DNA of 64,000 nucleotides, taken from Ostrea edulis. Taxonomy: Eukaryota. The position numbers and the translations under genes were made by a program. Where the stretch lies: contig NC_079171.1 of assembly GCF_947568905.1 (NCBI RefSeq), positions 31,930,001 through 31,994,000 on the forward strand. The letters are read 5' to 3'. The notes beneath the pieces are model-generated. The model made no database searches. It saw only the letters and a program-made list of their open reading frames with translations, and was not told the DNA's origin. Shown piece by piece: positions 12,552 through 24,205 of this stretch; the stretch's first letter is position 1, and the number at the start of each line of letters is the position of its first letter.

Positions 12552-13395
12552 AAGGTGAAGATAACGAACAGTGATCAATATCATAACTCCTACAAGCAAT
12601 ACAAAATAGATAGTTGGGTAAACACGGACCCCTGGACACACCAGAGGTGGGATCAGGTGCCTAGGAGGAGTAAGCATCCCCTGTTGACTGGTCACACCCG
12701 CCGTGAGCCCCATATCCCGATCAGGTAAGCGGAGTTATCCGCAGTCAAAATCAGTGTGCCAAGAACGGCTTAACAATCGGTATGAAACACGTCAGGCAGC
12801 ATTTGACCCAATGCGAGGTTGTATTGACGAACTTGATCGTTATAACGACCATAGAATTTGCGAAATGCTGACTTCAATCGAGACTGATGAAATCCCTCTA
12901 CCATCAACTTCTTTGTCAGTAGCTTACCTCGATTTAAAAACTGACTATACCCAGAACAAGCTCTTGCATATCGAATCAGTTGAGATATATAAACACCATA
13001 TGCAGGTGGTAATGGAATATTGCTACACAAATATGGGAAGTTGACGATGGAGAAGCTGAAATCATCCCGTTTGTCATACAGTTGAGTTGTCAGTTTGCCG
13101 TTAATGTCTACTTTCAATAAAATATCTAAGTATGAAGCAGAAGTGAACGAATCTGTGGTGTCCACAGGGATATATCAAATCGACATATGAATGAAAGCTA
13201 TCATTGTTAATAGACAAATCGCCATCGATATATCTAAAAGTCGAATTGAAGGTCACAGCGAGAGATTTTTTCTTCTCACGTATAAGTTTTTGAATAAATT
13301 CTGCTTCATATGAATATAAACACAGATCAGCTAACAAAGGAGCACAATCCGTGCCCATGGGAATTCCAACAGACTGTGCTAACTGTTTACATGGT
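12552..13395 (-). mobile_element. 5'-truncated Penelope-like retroelement (Naiad type): RT C-terminal half + 3' terminus
   Basis: ORFs 13101-13532 and 12770-13165 give QSVGIPMGTDCAPLLADLCLYSYE (motif B'), FRYIDGDLSINN (damaged YIDD), SASYLDI, LYDKRDDFSF, YGVYISQLIRYAR, then a stop with no C-terminal GIY-YIG domain; one frameshift. Confidence 0.88.
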
Positions 13396-13559
13396 AGTAT
13401 TGCGCAATATTTTCCAGACGTATTCAAAAGCAATGAAGAGGTGAAAACCAGTTCTGTCATCGTGATACAACTCTGTTGGTGGTGGCAAAAGCATTTACAA
13501 ATGACAAAGAGCAAAAATAGAAAGTTAAGCAATGCTTAATGTTTAAGCAATGATTTGCG

Positions 13560-14390
13560 AAATGAAGCGGGAAGTAGCTAGATGTTTCAACGTTCACCCT
13601 TGCACGATGAGCCGTTTGATGCGACATCATCGCCAAACAGGGTCAGTAAATGATAGTACAAAACCTGATCGGCCATTTGCTACAACGCAACGTTAACAGG
13701 CGTGCACACGGCAACGTCACATGCGGAATAGTTTTACGGTCGCTGAAACGACGGCGAAGCAAACAGATGGACGCCAGGGTAGGACATTACACCGTAGAAC
13801 AGTACCGTAGAGCAGTTCCTCGAATATTAAAACGTCATGGGATTCTATGCAGAAAACGTTACAAAGGTTTACAACTTGAGCCTAATGATCGACGTTATCG
13901 AGTGCAGTGGGTCCTAAAACGGAGAAATCAACGCCAGAATCAAGATCCATTGTCAGTATACGACAGAATACGAATTTACGGACGTGTGCATGATCGCTTA
14001 GTAGACAACTGCGTGCTTGAACGAGACAGATTTGGCGGAGGAAGCGTCATCCTTTAGGGGAAATGAACACAAAATTTTTCTCCCAATTGGTCGTTTTGCA
14101 CGGACATTTTACTACTCATCGGTATATTGACGACCTTATGCAGTCTGTAATGACACCAAAGCTGCAACAGCACCATCGTCGCTAGCCACGGATACAGAAT
14201 CCGCCAGTACCTACCTTACCTCAAACCGTGGCTGCATGATCAGCAAAATCCTCGATTCTCATGAATATTTTTGTAATGACAATAATTTGTTTTGTTCAAT
14301 CTCAGTCACAATAACAGATTTCCGATATCTTAACGACTGTGCCCACAACTAAAGCGTGCAGTATTTGTTTACAAGTAATAACGGACATAA
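13560..14390 (+). mobile_element. Decayed Tc1/mariner transposase
   Basis: Frameshifted fragments SRLMRHHRQTGSVND (helix-turn-helix region) and DNCVLERDRFGGGSV, typical of Tc1-family transposases; multiple indels. Confidence 0.75.
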
Positions 14391-14436
14391 AGGTTTCAGA
14401 TCCCTGTTTACAGAACCAAGTATTTATAAGTATTTG

Positions 14437-14648
14437 TTAGACCGATCTTGGCACTTTGATCTTGATTACGGATAACTCCGTTTGTCTGATCAAGATATAG
14501 GGCTCACGGCCTGTGTGACCGGTTGACAGGGGATGCTTACTCCTCCCAGGCATCTGATCCCACCTCTTTTGTGTCCAGGGGTCCGTGTTTGCCCAACTCT
14601 CTATTTTGTATTGCTTGTAGGAGTTATGAGATTGATCACTGTTCATCA
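14437..14648 (+). mobile_element. Penelope-like (Naiad-type) element, 3' terminal fragment
   Basis: Shared terminal repeat. Confidence 0.8.
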
Positions 14649-14987
14649 ATCTAATTAACATTAGATCCTAAGATCCGCTCATCTACTATCGCTAAACATT
14701 CGTGCTCCTGGCGGAGTAATCCGAGGGTTGCCGATTGAAATCAAACTGTACACTTCCTAGCTGTTGTAACTAATGGACCCTTATCGTTGACTTCAACGGT
14801 GTAATAATTTACTATGCGTAACCACGCCACTCTCTATAGATAATTGTGCGACCATCTCTAGTCTTTCAGATTTCATCACATCCAATTTACCCCGAATTCG
14901 GGATTATTATTAAATAAAATTTGTGGAGACATCAGTACTTGCGCTTGTAAATTCTATGTTACTAAACTTAATCGTATTGTACGTAAG

Positions 14988-16990
14988 TTGAAGATAACGA
15001 ACAGTGTCCAATCTCATAACTCCTATAAACAATACAAAATGGCTATTTGGGCAAACACAGACCCCTGGACACACCAGAGGTTGGATCAGGTGTCTAGGAG
15101 GAGTAAACATCCCCTGTCGACCGGTCACATCCGCCATGAGTCCTATATCTTGATAAGATAAACGGAGTTATTCGTAGTCAAAATCAGTGTGCCAAGAATG
15201 GCCTAACAATCGGTATGAAACACCTCAAACAGCATTTGACCCAATGATAGGTTGTATTGGCAAACTCAATCGTTATAACAACCATAGAATTTGCCAAATG
15301 TTGACTTTAAACGAATTAGTTGAAACCTCTGTACAATTGACTATAATTTGCCAGTTGCCTGTCTCGATTTAAGAACTGATCATACATAGAACAAGCTCTT
15401 GCACATCGAATCAGTTGAGATGTATAAACGCCTTATGCAGGTGATAATGGAATATTGCTATATGAATATGGGAAGTTGTCTTGTTTGTCATAAAGTTGAG
15501 TTGTTAGTTTGCTGTTACTACATATGTATATATATTCCATAGAAAATCTAAGTATGAAGAAGAAGTGAACGACTCTGTGGTGTCTTTTATTTCGAATTCA
15601 CAGGAATATATCGATTCGACGTATGAATGAAAATCATTATTGTTAACAGATAAAACGTCGTCGATATATTCAAATGTGGAATTGAAGGCTGCAGAAAGAG
15701 TTTTTCCTATTCACGTAGAATTTTTTTAAATAGATTCTACTTCATAAGAAGATAAAAACAAGTCACCTTACAAAGGAATACAATTTATGTCCATGGGAAT
15801 TCCCACAGACCGTTGAAGACCTGATCACCAACGTGGAATTAATGTCAAGTTCGTTTGAAATACAGTTATGATAGTGAGCCCTACAAAGAAATGTTGTTAC
15901 AAGCTTTGTCAGCTGTAACGAATATTTCCCCTGTAACGTATGTAATTCTTTTTTTAACTTCTTGTTCACTAAACACAGAAGAATATATAATACGTACTTT
16001 TGTTTTAATATGTCTAATGCGGGATTTTGATATTCCTCTTATACTTTTAATCAATTCTGACAATGTATCAAGTTCCTTCGCCCATTGTCCGATATAATCT
16101 TCGACAGAATTCATAATAGAGATGACTTTCTGTAGCCAATTGAAAGACCGAGGTTCTCTGTATCTAGGACCTTTTAGAATAAGTGATTTGAGGTCCTCAT
16201 TTTCAACTATATCAACATCACCAGTAATGACATGTCCAGCTGGACTATAGTTGAAAGAAGATGAAGAACACGTTGGTGGATTACGTATAAGATGGTATAT
16301 ATGTAGACACTGCAAAGTTTGTTTATAATTAAAAAGTTTGGATGCCATTGTAGAAGTATAGCTGTAGGAAATACAGGGTGTAGACTTGAACTTGAAATAA
16401 GTTGGAATACACGACTGAACCCTTTTATGACGAAGAATGTTGCCTATGTTGACTATTCCTTTGTTTGTAAATCTACTAGTGTATCAACATTTCCAGTAAT
16501 GGCTTGTCCAGCTGGACTATAGTTGAAAGATGAGGAACAACACGTGGGTGGATTATGTATAAGATGGTAAATATCTAGACACTACAATATTTGTTTACAA
16601 TCATAAAATTTTGATACAATAGTACAGTTATATTTGTAGGAAATACAGAGTGTAGACTTCAACTTTAAATATGATAGAATACAAAACTGAAGTCTTATTA
16701 TGACGAAGATGTCTTATGGTGTTGACAAATGTTCCTTTGTTTGTAAATTTATGCTTAAGAAACTGTCGGCATGATTCGGAAGGAATATCATCCATGAAAC
16801 GCGGTGGTTTAAAGAGCCTGTGACTGGCATCATCGATAATTATAGAATTCAGTCTATATTCTGGTATTAAAAACCCAAGTATAGACTAGCTTTGGCTTCT
16901 TCAAATAAAGTGATTAAAACTCTCAATGGAACAGAGTAAAGTTTTGTGCGACTATATCGTGGATCTAATTCACGCTTCCACTGACGTCAG
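14988..16990 (-). mobile_element. Decayed Penelope-like retroelement (Naiad type), about 2 kb with linker region, internally deleted RT and 3' terminus
   Basis: ORF 15881-16348: PPTCSSSSFNYSPAGHVITGD..LILKGPRYREP..TADKACNNI; RT remnants (GIPMD, YEVES, FNSTFEY) at 15200-15830; shared 3' terminus at 14988-15200. Confidence 0.8.
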
Positions 16991-17406
16991 GGGAGGTGCG
17001 GTTATCATCTCCGCACAGCCAATCAGAATCGCGGAAGAATTGTCCGCCATTACCTCCGTCAAAACTTATGATGACGGAGGTTTTGAGGTACAGATGTTTT
17101 AGCCTGATTACTTCGAGTTCTCATAAAATTGGTGGAATTGTGTGCATCGGGGAAATACAACAGTGATTCACGTTACCCAGAAAGGATACTAGAAGTAATG
17201 TTTATCCCATTTCCAAACCCAAAATCACATAAAGATTAATGTTTACGTAAAGGCGTGCGGTTGGCCCCACAGTAAGAGCAGAATGGACCGGCACACAAAG
17301 TAAGTTAGTCTTAGCAGACAATTATGTATTAGTTAATAGTAATAGTTAAATCAGGGACTGATAATAATACATGCCCATGTCATGTGTATACATGTACTAA
17401 GAGCTA

Positions 17407-17631
17407 CAGGTGCTTGGGTTCAGGACCACCCCCCCCCCCTCTCCCGAATTGGCCGAATAACCTGCACGACTTGATTTAAATTATTTCTTGTTGAAAATCC
17501 TACTAATGCATGTCAACAATGTCATGCATACCCCAAAATAGCTCTTTTTAAGAATTTCCCCCATTGAATATAACAATTCGTGTAGCTAGGTTATTCAAGG
17601 GAGGGGGGGGGGTCATGAACCCAAGCACCTG
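17407..17631. mobile_element. MITE with 16-bp terminal inverted repeats
   Basis: CAGGTGCTTGGGTTCA (17407-17422) / TGAACCCAAGCACCTG (17616-17631); flanking direct repeat CTAAGAGCT(ACA). Confidence 0.8.
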
Positions 17632-18934
17632 TGCTAAGAGCTACACAATACTTTTTTTTTTTTACTATAATATTATCTATTAAAAAGAATCCCCTATCTA
17701 AACTATTTTCATATCTAGGGTCAATTCATTTAATGTTTACACCAATATATATGCAGTTTCTGGTCTTATGTCTTAAATTTTCCCTGCTCAGCCATACATA
17801 TCATAACATGACTGTAAGAGCGCCATATTCAAAGTCTTCGTTCCATGATTCCTACAATAGATCATACCAGGGGATAAAGTTCTAAAGTTTCAGTAATCAG
17901 ACTAATTCCGTGGTCAAAGTTTTTAAATATCAATAGAATTTATGTCCATACAATGTATATATTTTGTAATAAATGGTTTTAAATTCGAATTTAGATTTCA
18001 TAATAATTCGAGCAAACTGAAATTTTATAAGTAGCTAATAAATTGTTGGGTGTAATGTATGCATAGGATCTTTCATGTTATAGGTCAGGTCACCTTTTAA
18101 AATTCCATGGCCCCTCTCAGCATCTATGTTTTACTTCCAAATGCTAAAAAAAAATGTTGTTGTTTCTTTATAGATTCATTGGATATACTTGTAACGGCAG
18201 CACAAGTCAGAGAATTTACAAGACCAGTTAACAACAGCAGAAAATGCCTTTCATCAACAGAGCATACTTAATCATCATCTACAACTCCAGTTATCAATGG
18301 AAGCCCAAGATTAACCCCACCAACAGGCCACCCCTTTTGACATTAACAGTACTCTACAGCAAGAGAGAAAAAAACAGGGTTGTTTTTATATTATATCAAT
18401 TTGAGACATGCCACATTTTGTACTTTGTTAGAGTTTTTTTTTTATACATCTGAGCAAATTCCCCAGTGTGTAAAAAAAGGAGGGACATAACAAATATGAC
18501 AAAACAATCGCAGTTGTTATTAACACTGATGAGGCTGAGACATAATTTTGAAATCAAAGACTTGGCATCAAGATTTTGTATTTCAACACAGTGTATCAGT
18601 GATATATTCTGTGCCTGAATTGACCTTATGTTGTGTTTCAATATAGTCCTATAGGAATGATATTAACAACATGACAACTGAATAAAAGCTCAATTCCCAA
18701 CAACCATCGCTATCATTGATTGTGCAGAAAGGAAATCACAGAAACAATCTTCTTTAAAACTACAGTTACAAATTATACATTCTGACTACAAATCAGCTAC
18801 AACCTAAAGGGGACTTGTGGATTGTGATCCTTTAGGGGACACAATGGAAACTAGCTGTATGCTAATTTGTGTTATCTTGGATAAATAAAGGCTATTATTA
18901 TTATCATATTTGTTAGTGAATTATTTACTAGATC

Positions 18935-19260
18935 TATGCCAGATGTTGCTGTTACAGAGAATAGTGGATTTTACAAACTCCTTTGTTAACTGATGGTGGG
19001 TTGAATTATTCTGGAAGGGGAATTCATTATGTCAGACAAAGGTTTCACGATATCCAAAGAATCAGGGGAAATATGTCTGCACCTCTGTATCTCTGTTGGT
19101 GTATTCCAACCAGTTAGTATATGTATATATATGGAGACATCAATAACGTTGGATAGTTTGCACCCTACTAACTCCTGGGCAAAACCCAGTGTTGAAGAGA
19201 AAATTGTAGAGCATGTGAATTCATTGTGTACTACTTGTATACAATGTGAGGAATTTATTT
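18935..19260 (+). mobile_element. Decayed PIF/Harbinger-type (DDE_Tnp_4-like) transposase fragment
   Basis: DVAVTENSGFYKLL followed by ILEGEFIMSDKGFTI resembles the SGFL..GD.IMADKGF signature of this family; stops and frameshifts present. Recognition from memory only. Confidence 0.5.
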
Positions 19261-20619
19261 AAAATCATAAACATTTTATAAGAGAGTAAATTTATGTCTA
19301 ACTTTGGGAAAACTTACATCATGATGAATATAAACTAGTAGATTATTTAAATTTTTCTTCGAAATGTGTGAATGCTCACAACTAAGAAAATGTAAGAATT
19401 TGTGCTGATTCATTGACAATTAAAATAGACAGATATTGTAAACCATTTATTCTTAAAGAACAATGATTATTCCATAGTTTTGAATTATTTGTTGAAAATA
19501 AAAAAAAACATTTGGTACTTAATTTATTGTCCTATTTATGATAAACTACTCCTTTAACTAAGTATTATATTGTGTTGCTGATCCTATGTAATTACAATAT
19601 GTACTATAGTACAAGAGGTTGGGTAACTAATTAAAACAGATGTTTTACGAACAGGAAATTGTTTTTTGGTCCGAGTCTTTATAATATTCTTGTTCCAAGT
19701 TTTCTATTGTGTGTCATTTAACATATTCTTGACTACTGTCAAAATGGTGATGTCTATCAAACATTGTACACATTCTTTCTGTTGATTTGCAAGTTGTTTT
19801 TTTTTTTTTAATAGAAATAGATATTTGGGTGGACGTGGAATTATAAATATCTCAATGTAGATATCTAGATCTACAATATCCATTCAAGTATAACTGAAGT
19901 TGAACATTTAATGGAGATCACAGATGGTATTTGAGCTGCAATGTAAATTCTTGATAATATTTAACTGTTTTTCATAAGTAAATCATAAATAATAGTAAAA
20001 TAAAAGCAAGCAAGCAGATGAAACATTTTATTGAACCGGTCAACGCAGCATATATGATATATAGTTATTCAGTTTCAACTGAACAACAAACATCGTCAAT
20101 TCAGTAACAAAACAATTATTCAAAACTCGGAAAACGTTTCGTAATTAACCCAGCTGTGCATGAACAGTAAGCATCGATGGCAGCCGAATCCTGCAATTCG
20201 ATGGTTAGACGATGCAGCGAAAGCATCTAGCGCTAACAAATAAGTTATAATTACTGTTTCTTCCGCGTTTTTACCCACTGAAATTATGTGAACATAACCT
20301 TCTCTGAAGTATGTCAAACCCTTTGACGGACTGTTCTATGAAAATTCACGAGTAAACGAGGCGATTGAAAAGGTATCCTGTATAAGATCGAAATCGCCCG
20401 CCATGTTGTTTACATAAGTTGACGGAGTCTGAAAACATGTGACGTTCGTTGTCATCGGTGGGCGGGGCGTGGAAGAGTGAATTGTCTGTTGACGTAAGGC
20501 AAAAGTGATCCAAACGTAAAAGCATGTATACTTGGTCTTTTATATGAACGATGTCCATGAGTGCGATATGAAGTTGAAATCTTTGCAGTGAAGAGGGTAG
20601 GTGCAAGGGGAGAGAATAT

Positions 20620-21830
20620 CAATTTAAGCACTTATTATCTGGAAGTCCTATTCATTTAACTGGCGAGCGCCAATTAAATTTCATGGCGGCAAAAACTTAA
20701 TTTTATTGACGGCAGTCACTTGTTATCTAGATACCGCCACTTATTATTTGGCGACCACCACTTCTCATCTAGCATTATTTCAAATGATGGTTGCTACTTG
20801 GAGAAATTTTTTTCATTCGGGAAATTAAAACCATATAGATTTGTTTTTGATTATTTTCAGTTTTATTTTTAGTTGTTTATTTATTTATTTTGTTTTATTT
20901 TCAGTTTTAAATATGTAAATAGCATACATGTACGTATACAACATACCTTCATATACTATTTTATATTGTATTTGTATAATATTGCTGTCTGTATATATGT
21001 TTTCAGGACCACAATGTAAACTAGTTTTATACTAATTGTGCTATCCTGTTTAAATAAAGGACATTATTATTATTATTATTATTATTATAAAGAGAAATAA
21101 AAAAAAGAAACAAGAGACGTCATTTGAATAACGGTAGTCAGATAATAAGTGGCTGATAAATTAACTGACGAAAGCCACATAACTTAGGAGGCAACCAACA
21201 ATTAAATCACTTTACCCTGGGATCGATTGGCTTCTGCATATTTGTACTATCTCTAAAATATATTTAATTTCAATCATATTTCATACAAAAAAAAAGAAAT
21301 ATTTTAACCATTACAGGTCCCTTCCCCACCTGACCATGACCTCTTACCCCTCCCCCACCTGACCATGACCTCTTACCACACGGGCTGATCTTGTGTTTTA
21401 CTTATCACGAGTAGAAAATAAGATCACTCATGAACATTCGACTTAGTCCAAGGGCAATGAAATCTAAAACTTGTAGATACCCATATTAATTTCAATTAGA
21501 ATGCATGTCGTTTATATTCAACGTTAAGTTATCAAAACAAAAGCAAACAAATTTCAACCATCAATCTTTTAAAACTCTCCTCCACAACTTGACTTTGATA
21601 TTGAAATCTTGAAATCTACGATTTTTAAAAAAAATATATCTTCATATTCCTTCTAACAGTGATATGAATTTTCATTTAACATTAAGAAAACTAGTATTAA
21701 AGAAGATTCTATGACATAAAATTCTGTCCCATGGATAGTCGTGAAAAATGTAGACAGTCAAATTTAAGCGCTTTCTAAATATGCATACATTTTACATTCA
21801 ATACTAGCAAAAATAAAAGTTTTTAAACAT
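20620..21830. repeat. Diverged direct repeat of 5760-6960
   Basis: Same collinear blocks as 5760-6960; lies downstream of C1qDC copy 3. Confidence 0.65.
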
Positions 21831-22035
21831 TATCGCTAGATAATTGATACCTTACTATGCTATTCAAAACTAAATGGTCCCGATCATGAGGCTGGACCCA
21901 GTTGAAAAGGATCTCGAAATTTACAATTTTAATAAAGTATTTCGTTCTCTGCATAACTATCGAATCGTTTTTCCTTTCAGATCTATGTACAAAACTATAT
22001 TCAAATAATCGCTAATCTAATTTTGGCATTGAGAG

Positions 22036-22360
22036 ATCGATTGATTGATTGTATCTTGTTTAACGTCTCGCTCGAGATTTTTTCACTCATATGGAGACGT
22101 CACCAGGACGTGTGAAGGACTTCAAATTTAGGCCTTTGCTCGGTGCTTACGGCCATTGAGCAGTGAGGGCTCTTAAGCTTGTCACACCTACTGTGACATC
22201 AGTTTTTAAGGTCATTTCCGAGGACCGGTGACATTCACACCTGATGCCGAACTTTTGGAGATGTAACTGTCACTATTTTTTAACGACTTAGGTCTGGCAC
22301 GGCCGGAATTCGAACCCGGCCTTCCGCATGCGGGCGAACGCTCTAACCTCTAGACCACCG

Positions 22361-22363
<3 letters not shown>
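22036..22363 (-). mobile_element. tRNA-derived SINE
   Basis: Same family as 5218-5555; A and B boxes in the head, (CAAT)n tail. Confidence 0.85.

Positions 22364-22413
<50 letters not shown>
22363..22413. repeat. (GA)n microsatellite
   Basis: Perfect dinucleotide run directly abutting the SINE head. Confidence 0.95.
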
Positions 22414-22418
<5 letters not shown>

Positions 22419-22623
22419 ACACGGGTTCACATCAAGTTCAAGACAGAGACAAACAGGCAGTGACGTAAAACATCAGTGAAGCTCCATAATTCGACATAAA
22501 AGGAGCTTACAGAGTGAATTTGATGCAGACTTGTACATGTGGAACAATGCTTAAACAAACATTGCACAGTCAACAACAACCACTTGCGATCGATTTAATA
22601 TCGTGTTCTAGTATGACAGTGTC

Positions 22624-24205
22624 TCAGTTTAAAAGCCACCCAGAAAACGTCGTTCTGCTATATATGAAGCTTAGTACATTTCCCACAGAGGCTTCCCCTA
22701 ACCGTACGTATACGTGGTCACCCTGATTTACGTCCACGACGACAATTCCTGTTGAGAAATCCCATTCACTGGAAGTTGAAGAGTCGGCAAATCTACTACC
22801 AACAATGTCAGAATTTTTCATCAATTGACTAAACACGTTGCCATGCCCATCTGACATAATTGACCAGGTGAAGACATAAGTTCCGGAAGTTGGAGCAACG
22901 AATATTCCGTCGTAAGCGTTATATCCGTGTCCTTTGTTTATGGAAACACTGTCAAACTTCAGAATGTGGTGAGCTGGAAGAGGACCTAAGTTTTCTTTTG
23001 ACAAATAGGCATGGAAAGCGACGAGATCGGTTGGAGAAGACATTGATGGCACTGTTGAATATAAATAAATAATTAGATATTGTGAAGAAAATTTCCAAAA
23101 AAAGAAGAAAGAAACGATGAACTTAGTTAATGAAGCGTTTGGAAATTAAGACGGTTAGAACGTGTTTCGTTACCAATTCTCTTAATGAGGAAAATCAAAC
23201 ATAGTGAAGGAAATGTTTAAGAAATAGAAAAATGAAAGGTTTCAAGATGCTGACGTTTAGAACGTTACCTATTCTCTTTCTGTTTTGCTGAATTCTGTGA
23301 TATGATTCTTTTGTACCCCCTTCTTCATCCTGCACTCCAGACATGTCTGTGGTTCTGATAATCCCACTCTCCTGCTTCCTAGTTCTGTCCATATTAACCA
23401 TTCCACCTGTGACAATCGGCCCTTCGTCATTTGGCCCTCGCACCATTTGCTCTAGCAGGTTCACTCTAATCTTCAGATGCTCGTTTTCCTCAATCAGTCT
23501 CGCTACATTGTCAGTCATGGTTTCTACATGTAGTTTCTCGTTTTCCTTCATCAGTCTCGCTACATTGTCAGCCATGGTTTCTAGTTTCTCGTTTCCCTTC
23601 ATCAGTCTCGCTACATTGTCAGCCATAGTTTCTAGTTTCTCGTTTTCCTTCATCAGTCTCGCTACATTGTCAGCCATGGTTTCTAGTTTCTCGTTTTCCT
23701 TCATCAGTCTTGCTACATTGTCAGTCATGGTTTCTAGTTTCTCGTTTTCCTTCATCAGTCTCGCTACATTGTCAGTCATGGTTTCTAGTTTCTCGTTTTC
23801 CTTCATCAGTCTCGCTACATTGCCAGTCATGGTTTCTAGTTTCTCGTTTTCCTTCATCAGTCTTGTTACATTGTCAGTCATGGTTTCTAGTTTCTCGTTT
23901 TCCTTCATCAGTCTCGCTACATTGTCAGCCATGGTTTCTAGTTTCTCGTTTTCCTTCATCAGTTTCGCTACATTGTCAGCCATGGTTTCTAGTTTCTCGT
24001 TTTCCTTCATCAGTCTCGCTACATTGCCAGTCATGGTTTCTAGTTTCTCGTTTTCCTTCATCAGTCGGAGTACAATGGTAGACATGGCCTCAAGTGTCGA
24101 CTCAAAATTCTCAACCTTCCGTTCTAAATCAGTACTGGGGAGTGCAGACACTTTGAGTAATGGACCCACGATACACAATACAACACACAGTACGGACAGA
24201 GTCAT
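22624..24205 (-). CDS. C1q-domain-containing protein, copy 3 (454 aa) with greatly extended coiled-coil stalk
   Basis: join(24205-23269, 23051-22624), phase-1 GT-AG intron, 1365 nt open frame; signal peptide MTLSVLCVVLCIVGPLLKVSA; gC1q exon is the same length (428 nt) as in copy 2 and highly similar. Confidence 0.92.
23492..24066 (-). repeat. Coding minisatellite, 51-bp unit x 11 (ARLMKENEKLETM[AT]DNV)
   Basis: CATCAGT anchors every 51 bp at 23549, 23600 ... 24008, 24059; one unit has a 6-bp (HV) insertion. Confidence 0.97.

Noticed and set aside
12552-12600. SECIS element in the Naiad-type 3' end (ATGA present)
   Set aside because: No AA motif or GA partner at the expected spacing, and no in-frame TGA pattern in the RT remnants.
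13400-13532. Signal-peptide-like start fused to the RT fragment (chimeric secreted RT)
   Set aside because: TTG start, RT is truncated, frameshifted and has a damaged YIDD motif; most likely chance open frame across an insertion junction.
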